Origin: Octopus sinensis
Lineage: Eukaryota
DNA: 64,000 nucleotides
Direction of reading: 5' to 3'
NCBI RefSeq assembly: GCF_006345805.1
Contig: NC_043009.1
Location: 56,358,001 to 56,422,000, forward strand
This document shows, piece after piece, positions 38,524-52,837 of the stretch. The position numbers and the translations under genes were made by a program. Positions within the stretch are counted from its first letter, which is position 1. The number at the start of each line of letters is the position of its first letter. Below the pieces are notes generated by a model, which saw only the letters and a program-made list of their open reading frames with translations, made no database searches and had not been told where the DNA came from.

Positions 38524-40711
38524 CTCAACCATTATTTTATACATATATACATACACACACACATATAAGGGTTTCTTACTATCTTCATTGACCAAATTTC
38601 ACTGTCAAGTTAATTTAGGCTCCAGTAAAAACAGAACCAAGTGACCAGGTGACAAAGCAACCTTCTTAACCACACAACTATCTCTGTAGCAATATATGTA
38701 ATTTCCTATTTAGTTATATTCCTATATTTGCAATTTGTAAATTTCCTTTAAATAGTCATTTCAACTGAAAAACTTCTCCCAAGTAACAAGTTTCATATAA
38801 TCATATATGCTCATCTATCTGTATTAATTTTAAATTATTAGGGAAGAAGCATTTTCACAAAAAAACTAAACAGAAATTATATTAAAATTATGTGTTTACA
38901 TTAATATAATTTTTGTTTTCAATCACATTTGCGGTAATTTTTTTTAAAAAATGCATAGAAGCATTTGATGAGTATTCTAAATTTACCCAACATCAATGAA
39001 AGAAAATAAAAATCTTAATTATACCAGTTATCTCCCTTGTCCCAGAAATTGCACCTGCCATTCAAATTTTTTAACAACTAAGTTTTTAGTTGGAGAATCT
39101 TGAATTATTTAATAAAATTTTAAAATAGACAATTATACACACACATACAAGTAGATATAAAGACATAGAATACAGAATTTATAAACACAGAGGAAAACCT
39201 CCAAAATTTAAGAATGCAGCTTCTATGTACAGAATTCAACTTTAATTTGTTTACTTTATATATAGATACATACTTGCATATATATATATATATATATATA
39301 CATACATACATACATACATACATACATACATACATACATACACACACATATACATCATTAGAGATGCAAAATCATGTATAAACAAAAATGTGCCATCCCA
39401 GATATGTGAGTACTACACCAAATTTGCATGCATTTCAACCCTGTAGAAATCTGGTTACTGAAGTACAAATCATTTTCTTTCTTTAAGTGAAAGCCAAGTT
39501 GCCTTCAAGTGTTTTGGTTAGAAGCGTTCAGAAAAATTGGAGATATAAGTTCAAAAATAAGTAATGAAAGAGAACAGGTAATTGTTTATGAGAAGTACTA
39601 TTACTGATTACAAAATTGCAATAAGTAAAACTACATTATTTTTAGAACACATTCTCCAATTAGAGTTTAATGGTAATTAAACTCTTGTTGGAGAAGATAA
39701 CAACAGTTCTCACAGAAGAAATAAATGGATATCTATGATTGTTGTCACATGTATGCTATTATGTGCAATGAACAAGGAGATGAGTTTAGAGTAAACAAAA
39801 GAGTAGAGTAACTGCTTACATCATACCCAAAAACATCAATGAATTTAGTGAAGAATACAAAAGTAAAAAGGTTATGAACAAAATCTGGGAGAAAACAGAC
39901 TTTTATAAGATTCTAAAGATAGTAGAAAAGAGTTTTAAGGAATCAGTATCAACAAATGTTGATATTATATATCTGATAAAGCTACTATAGATACATAGAA
40001 ACTTGGATATAAGCTACTGAGAGGCGGTCATCATCATAATCATTTTAATGTCCCCTTTTCCATGGTTGCACTGGTCAGACAAGTATGTTTAGGCAGAGTT
40101 TTTCTACAACTGGATGCCCTCATGTTGCCAAACCTCAACTATTTCCAAGTGAGATAATTATCTCCCAATCTGCTGAACAGCACCCAACCCAGACATGCTT
40201 TTTTATATTGGGAAATTGAAACCAAGATATTTGTTAAGGATTGTTTTGTTTACAAAGATCACACAACATGTCAAGACATGCCAGAAAGAAAAGATATCCT
40301 TTTGTAGATGGATTGCAAAGCAATGATACTGGCAGGAAGCCACTGTTTAAAACCAGTGAAAACAAGGGAAGTCCATCCACCCACTCACTCTCGAGGTTGA
40401 GCCACTACTTCTCTGCATCGGGATGTCACAGCTCCGGCGCTATGGACATATGATTAAAATGTAATAGGAAAAAATCATATGATGAATTATTGAAGCCCAG
40501 CTATTTGGCTGGAGACCTAGGAGTACACATATAATGAGATAGTTGGGTAATATTCATAGTCTCAGTTGGCTACGCTTGGGAATCCAGATGGAAAATGTAA
40601 TGATGGTTGCTTCTGATAGGATCCTATATAGGTGTCTGAGGACTCTACCCTCACGACCCCTTCAGGAATAGTGGATGGAGAGGATGGAAGTTGTAAAAAC
40701 ACAATTCTTAC

Positions 40712-40795
40712 CTTAACTTTATCCCCGTCAATTTCAACGCTTTTTATCATGAAATCTACTCCTATAGTAGCTCCCTGACCAGGTGGAAACAATCC
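40712..40795 (-). CDS. RAB30: Rab30 coding exon 2 (GLFPPGQGATIGVDFMIKSVEIDGDKVK, 28 codons)
   Basis: GLFPPGQGATIGVDF effector-loop signature typical of Rab30. Acceptor TTCAG, donor AAG|GTAAGA, phase 0/0. Confidence 0.97.
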
Positions 40796-41785
40796 CTGAA
40801 GTAAAGAAAGATAATTTTGATAAATGTTCATTAAAAACCTTCCTTGATTTCAAATATAGACAATCAATCAATGCAAATATATGTCATATCTTAAAAAGTT
40901 GAATTTGGGAGAAATGCTGATGGTGTACACTGGCAAATAGTGTTGCAAAAAATTTAAACAATGGAATATCAATGGGAAAATACAGAAATTTAGTGCTTTG
41001 GGTAAAATATTTCATCAATGAGGAGGGAATGACATAGAAAGATGAATGTTGTGGAGGAGAGGACACAGAGAAAATGGGAAGAAAGGAAAGCCAAATTTGA
41101 AAAAGACATTGAAAGGAGGTGGTAAAAACAAAGAAAAGCCATGCAAAAACCCAATAACACACATTTTTTTTTCTCCTTCCTATTTCTTTCCTTTCTTGCC
41201 TTGCAAGTTACTTGGCAACCTTGCTAGTGCTAGTGGCACAAAAAAAAAAAGAAAGCAACCAGTACACTTTGTAAAGTGGTTGGTGTTAGGATGGGCATGC
41301 AGTAGTAGAAACCATACCAAAGCTGGCATTGGGACTCAACGTGTCCATATGGATCATCAAATCCTATCAAAACATTAAACCCCTCCTAGCATGGAAAATA
41401 GACATCAAATGATGATGAAGAGCTTCATATATACATTCACTATATATATAATGTATGAATTTCTTTCACATTACTTGTGTCCACTTCCAAATTCCTCCAA
41501 CTCCCTGCTCATTTCAGTCATCGCTCTATATTCACATCTCTTGCCTCACAACTTCTGATCCACAACTGACATCAATCACTCCTCATCTGCTTCTATTTCT
41601 CTCACCATCACTTCCCACCCCTGCTACAGCTTCACCACCACATCTATTCCTTCTCATCTCTTAAGCTTACTCCTATAACTTACAGCTCACAATGACTTCT
41701 TCTGAATGCTCACCACCCTCATCTACTCTTCCTCTTCCCTGTTCCATTCTCCCCACCTTTCACCCACAATCTTATTTCTTGATTG

Positions 41786-42100
41786 CCCACAAGGGGCTAA
41801 ACATAGAGGGGACAAACAAGGACAGACAAATGAATTAAGTCGATTACATTGACCCGTGCATTACTGGTACTTAATTTATCAACCCCGAAAGGATGAAATG
41901 CAAAGTCAACCTCGGCGGAATTTGAACTCAGAACATAGCGCCAGACAAAATACCTATTTCTTTACTACCCACAAGGGGCTACACAGAGAGGGGACAAACA
42001 AGGACAGATAAACGGATTAAGTCGATTATATCAACCCCAGTGCATAACTGGTACTTATTTAATCGACCCCAAAAGGATGAAAGGCAAAGTTGACCTCTCA
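41786..42100 (-). mobile_element. Two tandem partial SINE family A copies with a variant tail
   Basis: CCCACAAGGGGCTA-A-AGAGGGGACAAACAAGGACAGA occurs twice, each followed by the family A core. Confidence 0.75.
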
Positions 42101-42370
42101 ATATTTAGTTTAAGTCATCTCTCTCTTTCTCTCTTTCATGTACAGGAATCCCCTTTAAGCTCCTTAGTCTTACAAATTGCAAGGCAGCCTCACTAGTGCT
42201 GGTTTTAGAAACAAAGCACCCAGTATACTCTGTAAAGTGATTGGCATTAGGAAGGGCATCTATCCAATCATAGAAACCATATAAAAATGGGAACACAACA
42301 TGGTCCTCTAACCCAGCTAACTGTTGAACCATCCAATCAATGCCAACATATATATGTGTATGTGTGTATA

Positions 42371-42402
<32 letters not shown>

Positions 42403-42964
42403 CATACATACACATACACATATATATATAAATATATAATCATATGTAAATATAAATATATAAACAAACATATACACACAAACGCACACACATATATATA
42501 TATATATACACTAAATCCAAAAAGAACAAACACAAAAATACAATACAAGGATGTGGTACATGTAAAGTATTAGCAGATGCTCAGGGAAGGAAAGAAAGCT
42601 GGTTTAACATTTCAAGCAGACACTCTTCTTTGGAAACAGAGGAAAATCCAATAGAAGGAAGATGGAAGAAAATCTCCAATGAATACACACATATATATAT
42701 ATACACACACACACATATATATATTCACACATACACATATTATATATACACACACACACTCTACTCTCATACCCACTTGTTGGATATTGCTCTAGAAATT
42801 GGACAAGGTGGTGGGGGTGCTGTGGTTCATTGTAATTCACTGAATAAACTCTGTATCAAAGCTCTATGAAAGCTGGCAAGCATTTTCACAGATCTTCATT
42901 TCAGGTGATGACAAAATTCCCACAATTACCTTACTGTAACCATTCCCAAATACTCAATCTCAGG

Positions 42965-44640
42965 GTCGCTACCATCAATGTTGACATAAGGAAAGGAAAG
43001 AGTGGGGAAATTGTTGAAATGTTAGAGTGATGCCATGTTGATGTATGTGGCATACAAGAAGTAAGATGAAGGGGAGCCTCAGCTAGATTCAAATTCTTCT
43101 AGGTCAGCAGGAATGATGGAGTGAGTAGAGTAGGCATACTGTTAGCAGAAAAGTGAGTAGATAAGGTAATTGAAGTAGTCAGAGTATGTGATATAATCAA
43201 GATGAGGTACATGTTCTGTGAGTTCATGCATGCTAGGTAATGCACAACAGTGAATCAAGACAGCATTGGTGAAAAAATGTCTATGGAATGACAACAGTAC
43301 ACTTCCTCTTATTGACACTGAAGGAAAAAATAAGGTACAGAGATGCTATTACAAGAGGTAGCTGAATAAGGAAAATGCAAAGGAGTCTTTCTATGGTGAA
43401 CTCAACAGAGGGATCTAAGTCAATAACAGTACTAGATAGAATATACCAGTGAAATGTTTTAAATCTTTGGTAAAGTTGGTTATGAACTAATCACCCACAT
43501 AATAAATTTGGAAGTATGGAAAGATGTCATACCAAAAGACTGGTATAGTAGCAGTATAATTTACTGCTGCAAGGGTAAAGGAAATTCTCAAGAGTGAGGA
43601 AAATATAGAAGTGTCAAACAGAGTAAATAACAAAAGTTACAGACGAATTTGTAGCTGAACTCATTAGGAGGAGAGCTGACTTAAATGAGATGCAGGTCAT
43701 CAATGTGTGTGTGTGTCTACACACACTGACTGATGCCATATTCTTTGTGAGACAGCGATAGAAGTACTTAGGCAAATGTAAGCCACTAATACAGTGCTTT
43801 TCAAACTTTTTGCTGGAGCAGAACCCCAAGGAAACATTCCACTGGCTTGGGGAACCCCTGTGCAATAATTTAATAGTCTTATGCACACATATCTGCACAG
43901 GAAAATTAAAAATTACTGCCGATTTTAGCAGTTTTGTAACTTCTTGCGGAACCCCTGGATTGTACTGGCGGAACCCTGGTTGAAAACCACTGCACTAATA
44001 AATGGCATTCGATAAACCAGAGAAGACTTAAAATAGGGTTCCATACACAGAAACTGAGTGGTCTCAGAGAAAGCTGGAGGGAGATCAATGGCTGTAAGTG
44101 TTGCAAAGAGTTGCAGTCAGCAATGAGTTCAACAATAAATTAAACATTTTGGTAGGTGCATATTAGTGCTCAATCTTCAGCCCTGTTCTGCTACTTATAG
44201 CCCTCCAAGCTATAATGGAGGAGTTCAAGACTAGCTATCCACGAGAACTCTTAAATGCAGATGACTTCATTTTTACAGCTCAATTGATTTAGAGATAAAA
44301 TTCTAGCCATGGAAACAAAACATAGAATTGAAAGACCACAGAGTAAACTTAGCAGAGTCTAAAGAGAGAAAGAAAGAAGACAGGCCCCTGTTATCATTAG
44401 GGAAATGGCCATCTTCATATACAGAAAAGAAGTAGGAATTTCATCAGTGTACCCACTGTAAATTATAGAAGCACAAGATATATAATGGGATGAAAGGTAG
44501 GTCAACAGATATGCAGCAGATGCACAGGGACAAAAAGCATTAAGAACTCACAGAAAATAGATTTTCTAAAATGCTCAGAAGGCTCCCTGAAAGTAGTTGA
44601 TAGCTTTTATTACTTAGGTGACTTAATTATCAGTAGGCGT
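42965..44640 (+). mobile_element. Decayed RTE-clade LINE (APE and RT remnants) in Rab30 intron 1, antisense to the gene
   Basis: GKSGEIVEMLE..VDVCGIQEVR (APE), MAFD.PEKT.NRVP (RT3), ALQAIMEEFKTSYPRELLNADD (RT4-5). Confidence 0.8.
43792..43992. mobile_element. hAT-type MITE (201 bp) with a perfect 8-bp TSD
   Basis: TIRs CAGTGCTTTTCAAAC / GGTTGAAAACCACTG (13/15 match); TSD CACTAATA at 43784-43791 and 43993-44000. Confidence 0.92.
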
Positions 44641-44934
44641 GATTATTCTGGGGAAAATTTTATATACAACTTTTGGGAGCTGTGGAGCTTAAAGAGAAGA
44701 TAATAAATCATGGAGATTGTTTTGATGATTGTCAGCCAGATACTGAAAATAAAATGAGTTCTTTACAAAACTTGCAGTATGAATTAACAATTGAAAAGTC
44801 TCTGAAAGTGTAAAGGGCAACTGTGCAACAAGGGTTGAGAACGATTAAAAAACACATGGTGACTAAATATCTCAAATAAGTTTCAAGTCGTTTTTGATGA
44901 AGGGGATTCTAAAATTCTATATGCTCTTTTGTGC

Positions 44935-45915
44935 CAAGTCTTGGAAAACGATTATCTGTTGTAGTTATTCTAGAATCCGAGAATGGCATGGTATTATTAA
45001 AGATGCAGTCAGTATCATACAGTATTGGAAAGAACACTTGCTGTCTTCTTTTTCAGTCCCACAATGTTAGATGGTGCAACTGTTGATAGTTTATTTCAAC
45101 AAAGTTCACTTCATGGTATGCATTGCAAGCCTATGGAGGGTGAAGTAGTTCTGGCAATTAAGATCAATACTGGCAAAGCACCAGGATTAGACAGAAGCAT
45201 CCAATCCAACAGAACTATTGCAAACTAAAAGTGAAAAGTTTTTGTCTGCCATACTTAATAACAAACAACAGAAAAAGAAATTCTATACCACAAGTCTAGA
45301 TTAATGAAATTTTTAGCTAAATACATGAAGATAAAGAATCCAATGTGGTATCACTGTCTTAGAATCTATTGACAAAAGTCTATTTAGACTGTTGTTCAAT
45401 TGGTTAATAAAAGACATCTAACCCTCAATGCTAACTGAAATCCAATCAGGCATTAGATCAGGATTTTTCTCTGCAAGATAACTTCAAGAAAAATGCATTG
45501 AAGAGCAGGTGCAACTATATCAAATCCTTGTTGACTTAACAAAGACCTTCAATACTATTAACAAAAAGCACCGAAGAAAGTTCTTGGAAAGTTGGATTCA
45601 TCACCATCGTTATTTAATCTCCATTTCACATGATGGTATGGAATGGATGGTTTGACAGGAGCTGACCAGCTAAAGAGCTGTTCAGGCTCCATATCTGTTT
45701 TGGCATGGTTTCTATGACTGGATGCCTTTCCTAACATCAACCACTTTACAGAGTGCACTGGATGCTTTTACAAAGCACCAGCACAAGTGCTTTTCTGTGG
45801 CACCAGCACCTACAAACCCACAAGATAAAGGAGGCTCATGTGACATTCAGCAGGCAACTTTCTAATGAAATTGTTATAGAGAAAGGAGTTAAACAATGTG
45901 AAATCCCAGCCTTTA
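44935..45915 (+). mobile_element. Second decayed RTE-type (BovB-like) RT remnant, interrupted by a family C insertion
   Basis: AIKINTGKAPGLD, FSAR*LQEKCIEEQVQLYQILVDLTKTFNTIN, KGVKQC. Confidence 0.72.
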
Positions 45916-46004
45916 CACTAATTTTAAAGTGTACAGCTGAAAATTTGATTTTCATGTTGCATATCATATCAAGACAAAAACATTTATAATGGAATTTAAT
46001 TTAC

Positions 46005-46091
46005 CTGTGTAAATCTTCGGACAAGACATGTTTTTCCAACACCAGCATTTCCTATTAACACTACCTTGAAAAGGTATTTATAATCTTCCAT
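46005..46091 (-). CDS. RAB30: Rab30 coding exon 1 (MEDYKYLFKVVLIGNAGVGKTCLVRRFTQ, 29 codons)
   Basis: P-loop GNAGVGKT; near-identical to the known Rab30 N-terminus. Acceptor TATAG lies 8 nt upstream of the ATG (exon starts at 46099). Donor CAG|GTAAAT at 46004, phase 0. Confidence 0.97.
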
Positions 46092-48353
46092 GGAGAATTC
46101 TATAACAACAACAATAAAATAAATAAAAGAATATACAATCATAATAATAATAATAATAATAGAAACAACTGAATATAATTGCAATAATGATCAAATATAA
46201 TTACAGGTATAGAAGAAAGGTATGTTTGCTAACAGTTATGATTTGGAAACAGAATTTCAACATTCTGACAGATGAAAACAATAACATTTGTAGCAATCAG
46301 AGTACATCAGTACTGAGAAAAATTTAAAGCAAATCAGATACCAGGCACCCATCCACAAAATAACACTCATCCTTGGTGAGCTGGAAGAAAATACACCTTA
46401 CACCAGCTCCACTTTCTCAGGCTCAGTAGATGTACTTTAGAGCCCAGGTTGATGGGCTACCTGATGTAAAGAACTAAAATGTCTGGGAAAATATGTGCAT
46501 ACCAATGAAACAATGCAAGCATTGTCCACCTACATTGTTCCCAACAAGAAACATTTCTTCTCAGTACATTTCTGGGTGAGATTTACCAAACAGGATATCA
46601 CCGCATGCAAATTTCTACAAGTCTTGTGAAATGTGCTGATCTAATGAAATTGTCAGCCTCCAAAACCACTTTTATGTGAAACAGATTGAACAGGATTCCA
46701 ACTAAACCAGATCTACATCTGGTTATCTCAACCATGAAATGGAGATAGGATTTGAAGTTCACTATGACTAATCCATCCCTCTGCCTGCACCCTTTCAAAT
46801 TGCTAATGAAAAAGTGCCTACAAACACATCTTCAAGTTATGTGCTATACATCAATCCAGGACTAACAAAAACCATATCACACGAGCTATCATTACTATAT
46901 AAATATTAATAGTTTCTTCTGAGAACAAGTGAATGATTTGTGAAAACAAAATATTTACTATAAGAAAAATTTAACAATTGCAATGGTAAGGGTTACTTCA
47001 TCTTGTTTTAGGATCAATATGATTTTGTGAGGATTTACTATTAAAGATGGATTTAGAAAATGAAGTTACTGAATACAGAAGGGTAATGATTCACAAATTT
47101 TGCAGACTTAGGAACAGTTGACGACTGCTTATAGGTATTGTATGGTGTTCTTCATAAAATATTTATCTCCAAAGGATGGTAATTTTAAAAAAGTAAAGAA
47201 ACCTATAACCTTGCAGTTCTCTTTTTTTTTGGTAACAAATCTGACTCAAATCATCTCCAAAAGTCACAAAGATCCATGGTCCAGTATTCAACACCCATCC
47301 TCAAAGATAAAAAATAAATCACTAAGACACTGACCCATCACAGATAGTTTTCCAGCAGGAGGAATTGAACTCAAACTACAAAACCAATAAGTATATACTG
47401 TTGCTGCATATGTTGGTGAATATATGACTTTTGTACCCTAGTTAGAACTAGATGGCTTGATAATGGACACACATAACATTAAGAGGCAGGATACAAACTG
47501 CTAACTTCTGACATTAACTAATACTCAGCCATTTGAACTTTCATTTTAGTTATTAATAACATATTACCAGTAATACCACAAGATAAAAAAAAAAGAAACC
47601 CACAAACTTGTTAAACCTTGAAATAATGAAACAAGTACTTGAACAAAATAAAATAGACTTATGTGACTTAGTTTACACTTAATATACTTCAAGAATAAAG
47701 GAAATATATTGAAAGAAAAAGAATTTTTGCAATATATGACAGAGAAGTTATCACTGAAAGAAGGTGAAATGACAAATTACACAAAAACTATGTCATCTAT
47801 CAAATATGATTTTTACATTTAATGTAATGTCATTATTGATCTGAATTAGATCAATATTCACAATTTTCATACTTCAGGCCTTATTATGAACAGCAAATTG
47901 GAATAGCCATTAGATCATTAGATAACATGACTCACAATATTTGTTCCAATTCACTGTATGCTGTACTGGTGCCTGTGTCACGTGAAAAAGTGTGGGTGCC
48001 ACATAAAAAGCATCCAGTACACTTTGTAAAGTGGTTAGTGTTAGGAAGGGCATCCAGCCATAAAGATTATGCTAGAACAGACAATGGCGCCTGGTGCAGC
48101 CCTTGACCATACCAGCTCCTGTCAAACTGTCCAACCCATGCCAATATAGAAAATGGACATTAAATGATAAGAACATTGAACTGGATACCTTGCAGTACCC
48201 GTGAAAGTTGTAACCCTTCTGAATTCAAACCTAATCTGTTACCTGGTTTAACTCCACCACCTGACATTTTGGGTACCTTTAATGGAGTTCATGCAGGTGC
48301 AAGCTTTCAAATCTGGTTTCTGGTTTGATAATATTTTCAAACCTTCCTCTTAC

Positions 48354-48412
48354 CAGTCTTGGAAGCACTGTAAAGTGTTATGAGCTTTGCTGCTCTTGTT
48401 GAGTAAAAGATT
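48354..48412 (-). other. RAB30: Candidate Rab30 5' exon (59 nt)
   Basis: Acceptor TTTTTTTTTTCCTTTTTTAG and donor CTG|GTAAGA; lies between the promoter and coding exon 1; contains no ATG. Confidence 0.55.
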
Positions 48413-48464
48413 CTAAAAAAGGAAAAAAAAAATGTTCCTAAAATCTGTGATTATTTCTTTTAAG

Positions 48465-48765
48465 TGCAGACGTTTGCTTCCCAACCACATGGTTCCAAGT
48501 TGAGATCCGCTGTATGGCACACTGGATTGTCTTCTACTATATCCTTGGGCCAACCAAAGCCTTGTGAGTGGATTGGATAGATGGAAACTGAAAGAAGCCC
48601 ATCATGTCTTTGTCCCCCACTGCTGCTTGAGAACCAGTGTTGGTGTGCTTACATCCATGTAACTTAGTGATTTGGCAAAGTACCAGGCTTAAAAATAAAT
48701 AACTTTCCGTTCATATATGGCTGCAGTCTTATGACTGAAACAAATGGAAATGGTAAAAAGATAAA
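48465..48765 (+). mobile_element. SINE family B, decayed
   Basis: CCAACCACATGGTTCC...GTGAGTGGATT..AGATGGAAACTGAAAGAAGCCC match. Confidence 0.75.
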
Positions 48766-50789
48766 CAGACACTGCAGAATCCCAAATTACTTTCCCCTTC
48801 TACTCTTTCTGCATTCATTCACTGCTCCCGCTTAGATTTTTCTCTCAGCGTCCTCTCTCTACAGCCTCCCCACCAGGGATATACTTTCTGCTCTCATCTC
48901 TACTTCTATGGTGCCCTCCGGCCTCTTTCTCTCCCTGCTTTTGTAGAATTCACCATTCCTCTGCTCTCTGCCTTACATTCTCTCCCCACAGCTCCTCCAC
49001 CACCTCATTTCACCATCTTTAGCCTATTCCCATGAACACCCAGACCACTCTTTTCTTCAATTTCTCCAGATGCGCATCACACAGGACTACAGCTCTTTTA
49101 TATTCTCTTCCCCTGACACCATCCTTTCATGCTTGCCCTTATGATATGGTTAGCTCTAAAACTCCCAACACAACTCATCACCCTGTCCCTCCCTTTCTCG
49201 TTAACCCTTCCTTGCCCTCCTCCTTAGTGTCTATTTTGTTACTCTCCCCACTTCCACCCTCTCACAACTATCAATTTGTTCCTCTCTGTCCTTTACCCTC
49301 TCTCATTAACCTGTCTGGAATCAGCATAGCCTCTCTCTGTTATAAGGACTCTTTTAGACCCCTAGACTTGCAAACAACAAGGTGACCTCACTGATGTTGG
49401 TGCCACGAAAAGCACCCAGTGCACACTGTAAAGAGGTTGGAAAGGTAGCCAGCTGTAGAAACCATGCCAAAGCACAGAGAGAGAGAGAGAGAGAGTACAA
49501 TGTGGCCCTCCAACATGTTGAATGCTGTGAAACCGTCCAATCCATGTCAGCACGAAAAACGCACATTAAATGATGATGATGATGATAAATATTATTGTTG
49601 TTAATAGTCCTAAGTCTGAGTTTGTATTCTACAATGAACATGAACGTTCCTTATCACAGACTCCAAACACACAACCATTCATGGTAACCAGACATAAATG
49701 TGTTACGAAAAACAACTGGGTTTATGAGTGGAATGGTCACATAAGAACCTATAGAATTTAAACCATTCAGGTCTTAATATACTCAGACAAGGTTGAATAT
49801 ACATAAAGTTAACAATTGTTCTCACAATAATTTAAATACAAATCTGGACGGTGTGAAAAAAAAACAAAATATTTGCATACGTGCTATTTAAACAAACTGT
49901 GGTGGACAAGTTGGGTTAAGCATCAAAGAAATGAGAGATGTTGAGCGAACTGCCACTTCTGCCAACAATGTCAATGCTTATCTCTGCATCTGAATAGCAG
50001 ATTGTGTAATTCTTGAGTGTAAAGTATGAAATAACAAGGTAATGAAGAGGAGAAAAACCTACAGGTCAATGATCGACTGGATATAAGGTTTCGAGTTTCA
50101 ACTCTGCAATAGCTATTGTACACTTGTCTCCCAATAAGATACATGTTCCATTTGCAAGTGGGTTGTCATTTGATTTTTTCAAATAAACATTTAAAAAAAT
50201 GCGTGTAGTATGTGTGTGTCCGTGCGTGTGTACACACACGTATACACCTGGTGAATTCCGAAAGAGGCTTCACTACGTACAAATACTGCATTGCATTATG
50301 TATTAAATCAATCAATCCCAATGTAAGAAAAGACAATAATAATAATAACAACCTTCCGTTTATATATTAAACTAGGTAAAACAGGAATAGAAAAGAATTA
50401 CCATTCAATAATAACAATCTGGTTGACTGTCGACTATGTTATTTATGACGAAGTATCAAAGAATACCTTTTAGATCTAAAAAAAAAAAGCCAGTAGACTT
50501 TATACTATTACTCTTTAGACTCTAACCTATTATATGACACTTGGTTAAAAAACAAAAAACTGTTCATGGCAATTTTAAAATGGGCTATTCGCAGTTAGGA
50601 TTTGTAGGGAACAGTGATTCTCACTGAGTGCTAAAACCAAACCTTTTTGGAGAAATTTAGTTCTTCGTAATCCTTTTGCAATTTCCAACTTCAGAGACAA
50701 CCACTTACAGTGTTTTAAAAATGGTTAAAAATAATCACTTTTTTCAGCTTACATCATCAACAAGAATTGTATTTTCGCCAGAATATTTA

Positions 50790-51520
50790 TTGCTATTTAG
50801 CCTTGAGTCAGTCCAGATCGGGCAGGCCTATCATCAAAAGCGTTCCAGCCGTAATCATCCCGTCTCTTGTATATTTTTATGACTACGCTATCCAACGTGT
50901 CTTTCTGATTTCATGATGATGAGTAAACTGAGGAAGATCTGGCTGTTATTTCTAGCATATCGAGCAACTACGAAGAAGATCCCCCATCTATCTCTCCCTC
51001 ACAAATATACATCATACATAATTGGTCCCATTACACATTTGTTTATTTCCATTCTAATGTCCTCTTTTTTGCCCTTGTAGAAAATAAAGTAGTCGGCATC
51101 GTCATTGCTATTACATTTCCCTCGTTAAATTTTCGTCAACAGAATTATTATTACCATAAATGTCCAAGTGAACCTTGAAGAAATTCCTATAAATCAATAT
51201 ATGCAATGTATTCAACATTACCAAACATAAATGTATTGTTTAATGCAAAGCCTTATTCATCGTTACCATTATCTCACAACCACTTCATCCCGAAAATACC
51301 GAAAAGACACAGCTACAAGCTAACGTGGAAGCCTCTATGTGGTAATTCGACCCGCTAAAAACAGCATCCAAATCTCTCTAAATCACACATTTCTGCATTA
51401 TGAAAATGAAAAAAGATGTAATTGATAATGTAGAAATATATATACACACACACAATTTTTAAAAAAAAGATTCAAACAGGAGGGTCACAGAATGCTTTTC
51501 ATCATAGGTCTGCTCGCCCA
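50790..51520. mobile_element. Two diverged copies of SINE-like family D in opposite orientation (~50790-50983 minus; ~51319-51519 plus)
   Basis: Shared GCTTTT-ATCATAGG-CTGC and CTAGAAATA-CAGCCA-ATCT segments in reverse complement. Confidence 0.55.
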
Positions 51521-51878
51521 TGGTAAAATCTATTGTTAAATAATAAATTCAAAAAAGAAGCCTTTTTTATATATATATTTGTATTATGCATCTCAGAATA
51601 ATTCGGTGATATTCATATTTAGAATCAATTACCTATTTAACTTCAATCTGATATATATTTTAGGGTCCGAAGTTTATAATAATACTACCTATACTGCTTG
51701 GTTATTCTGAAGGTGGACGAGCTCTATACTGCACTACCAAGTTCCTAACAAAATACAATATAAATGTCTATATATATATATATATATACGTGTATATTCA
51801 TTACTCGCAACAGTAAATATTCCTAGGAATATCTCTCTCTACCTTATATATATTATACGCACACCTATCTACTCATAC

Positions 51879-51923
<45 letters not shown>

Positions 51924-52386
51924 GCATAATCTGTAGCAGTGTACTTTATATTTGTATGAATTCATATTTTCAGTAGAATGAATCAAAATAAGTATTAAAG
52001 CGAAAGAAGGAAAAAGATAACCAAGTTTAATATTTGGATTTAATTTGATTTGATTTGTAGTGATATATATATATATAGACACACACACAGGCATAATTTA
52101 TTTCTAAAATCAATTTACAGCTCACAAACAGACAATAGAGATATACATCCAAGAGAATTAACAACGTAGATGAATATTTGCAATATTTAGGTTTGGGGTT
52201 TTTTAAGAAAAAATGCTACATTATCATTAGAAAATATATAAAATTTAAAAGGCAACACACCCACTTCGTCGTCTGCTCACATCCCATACAGACACTTTAG
52301 CAAAAGCTTCAATGATTAAGCAATTAATTTAAAATGTGATCAGTTGATTTAATAGATAAACAAAAAAAATATAATAATTGGCTTAC

Positions 52387-52430
52387 CTTATGGAAGATCT
52401 TCGCGAAAAATAGTAATATTCCTGGGGAAG
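52387..52430 (-). other. RAB30: Candidate Rab30 5' UTR exon (44 nt)
   Basis: Consensus donor AAG|GTAAGC at 52386; pyrimidine-rich acceptor ending TTGTACAG. Confidence 0.4.
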
Positions 52431-52601
52431 CTGTACAAGAATTTAAAGATCAATGAGAGAAGGGTGGTGATGTAAGATATTAAAGGTTTATATATAGGGG
52501 CAATCAGAAGAGAATCATATCAAGAATAGGAGATAATGTGGCACTAAAGAAAAGAAAAAAGCTGTATTAAAGCATAAAATATATTTTACTTTTAATTATC
52601 A

Positions 52602-52655
<54 letters not shown>

Positions 52656-52837
52656 AGATGTCTATATATATGCACACATACACAGAGGCAGACAGTCAGA
52701 TGTTTATCTTCCAGAAATAGGTCTAACAAGTTATTGAATGGCTTTTATAAATAAGGCGTAAAATATAGAAAAACATAAGATTACTGAACGTACATCTAAA
52801 TAAATATATATCTAAATAATGTTTATGGAATCATATA

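Noticed and set aside
39500-40020. A-rich, possibly LINE-derived stretch (similar ones at ~13680-13900, 46380-46800, 49620-50000 and 59660-60450)
   Set aside because: No diagnostic motif could be read confidently, so left unannotated.
42105-42869. Several ORFs up to 147 aa
   Set aside because: Translations of (TA)/(CA) microsatellites plus a family C repeat.
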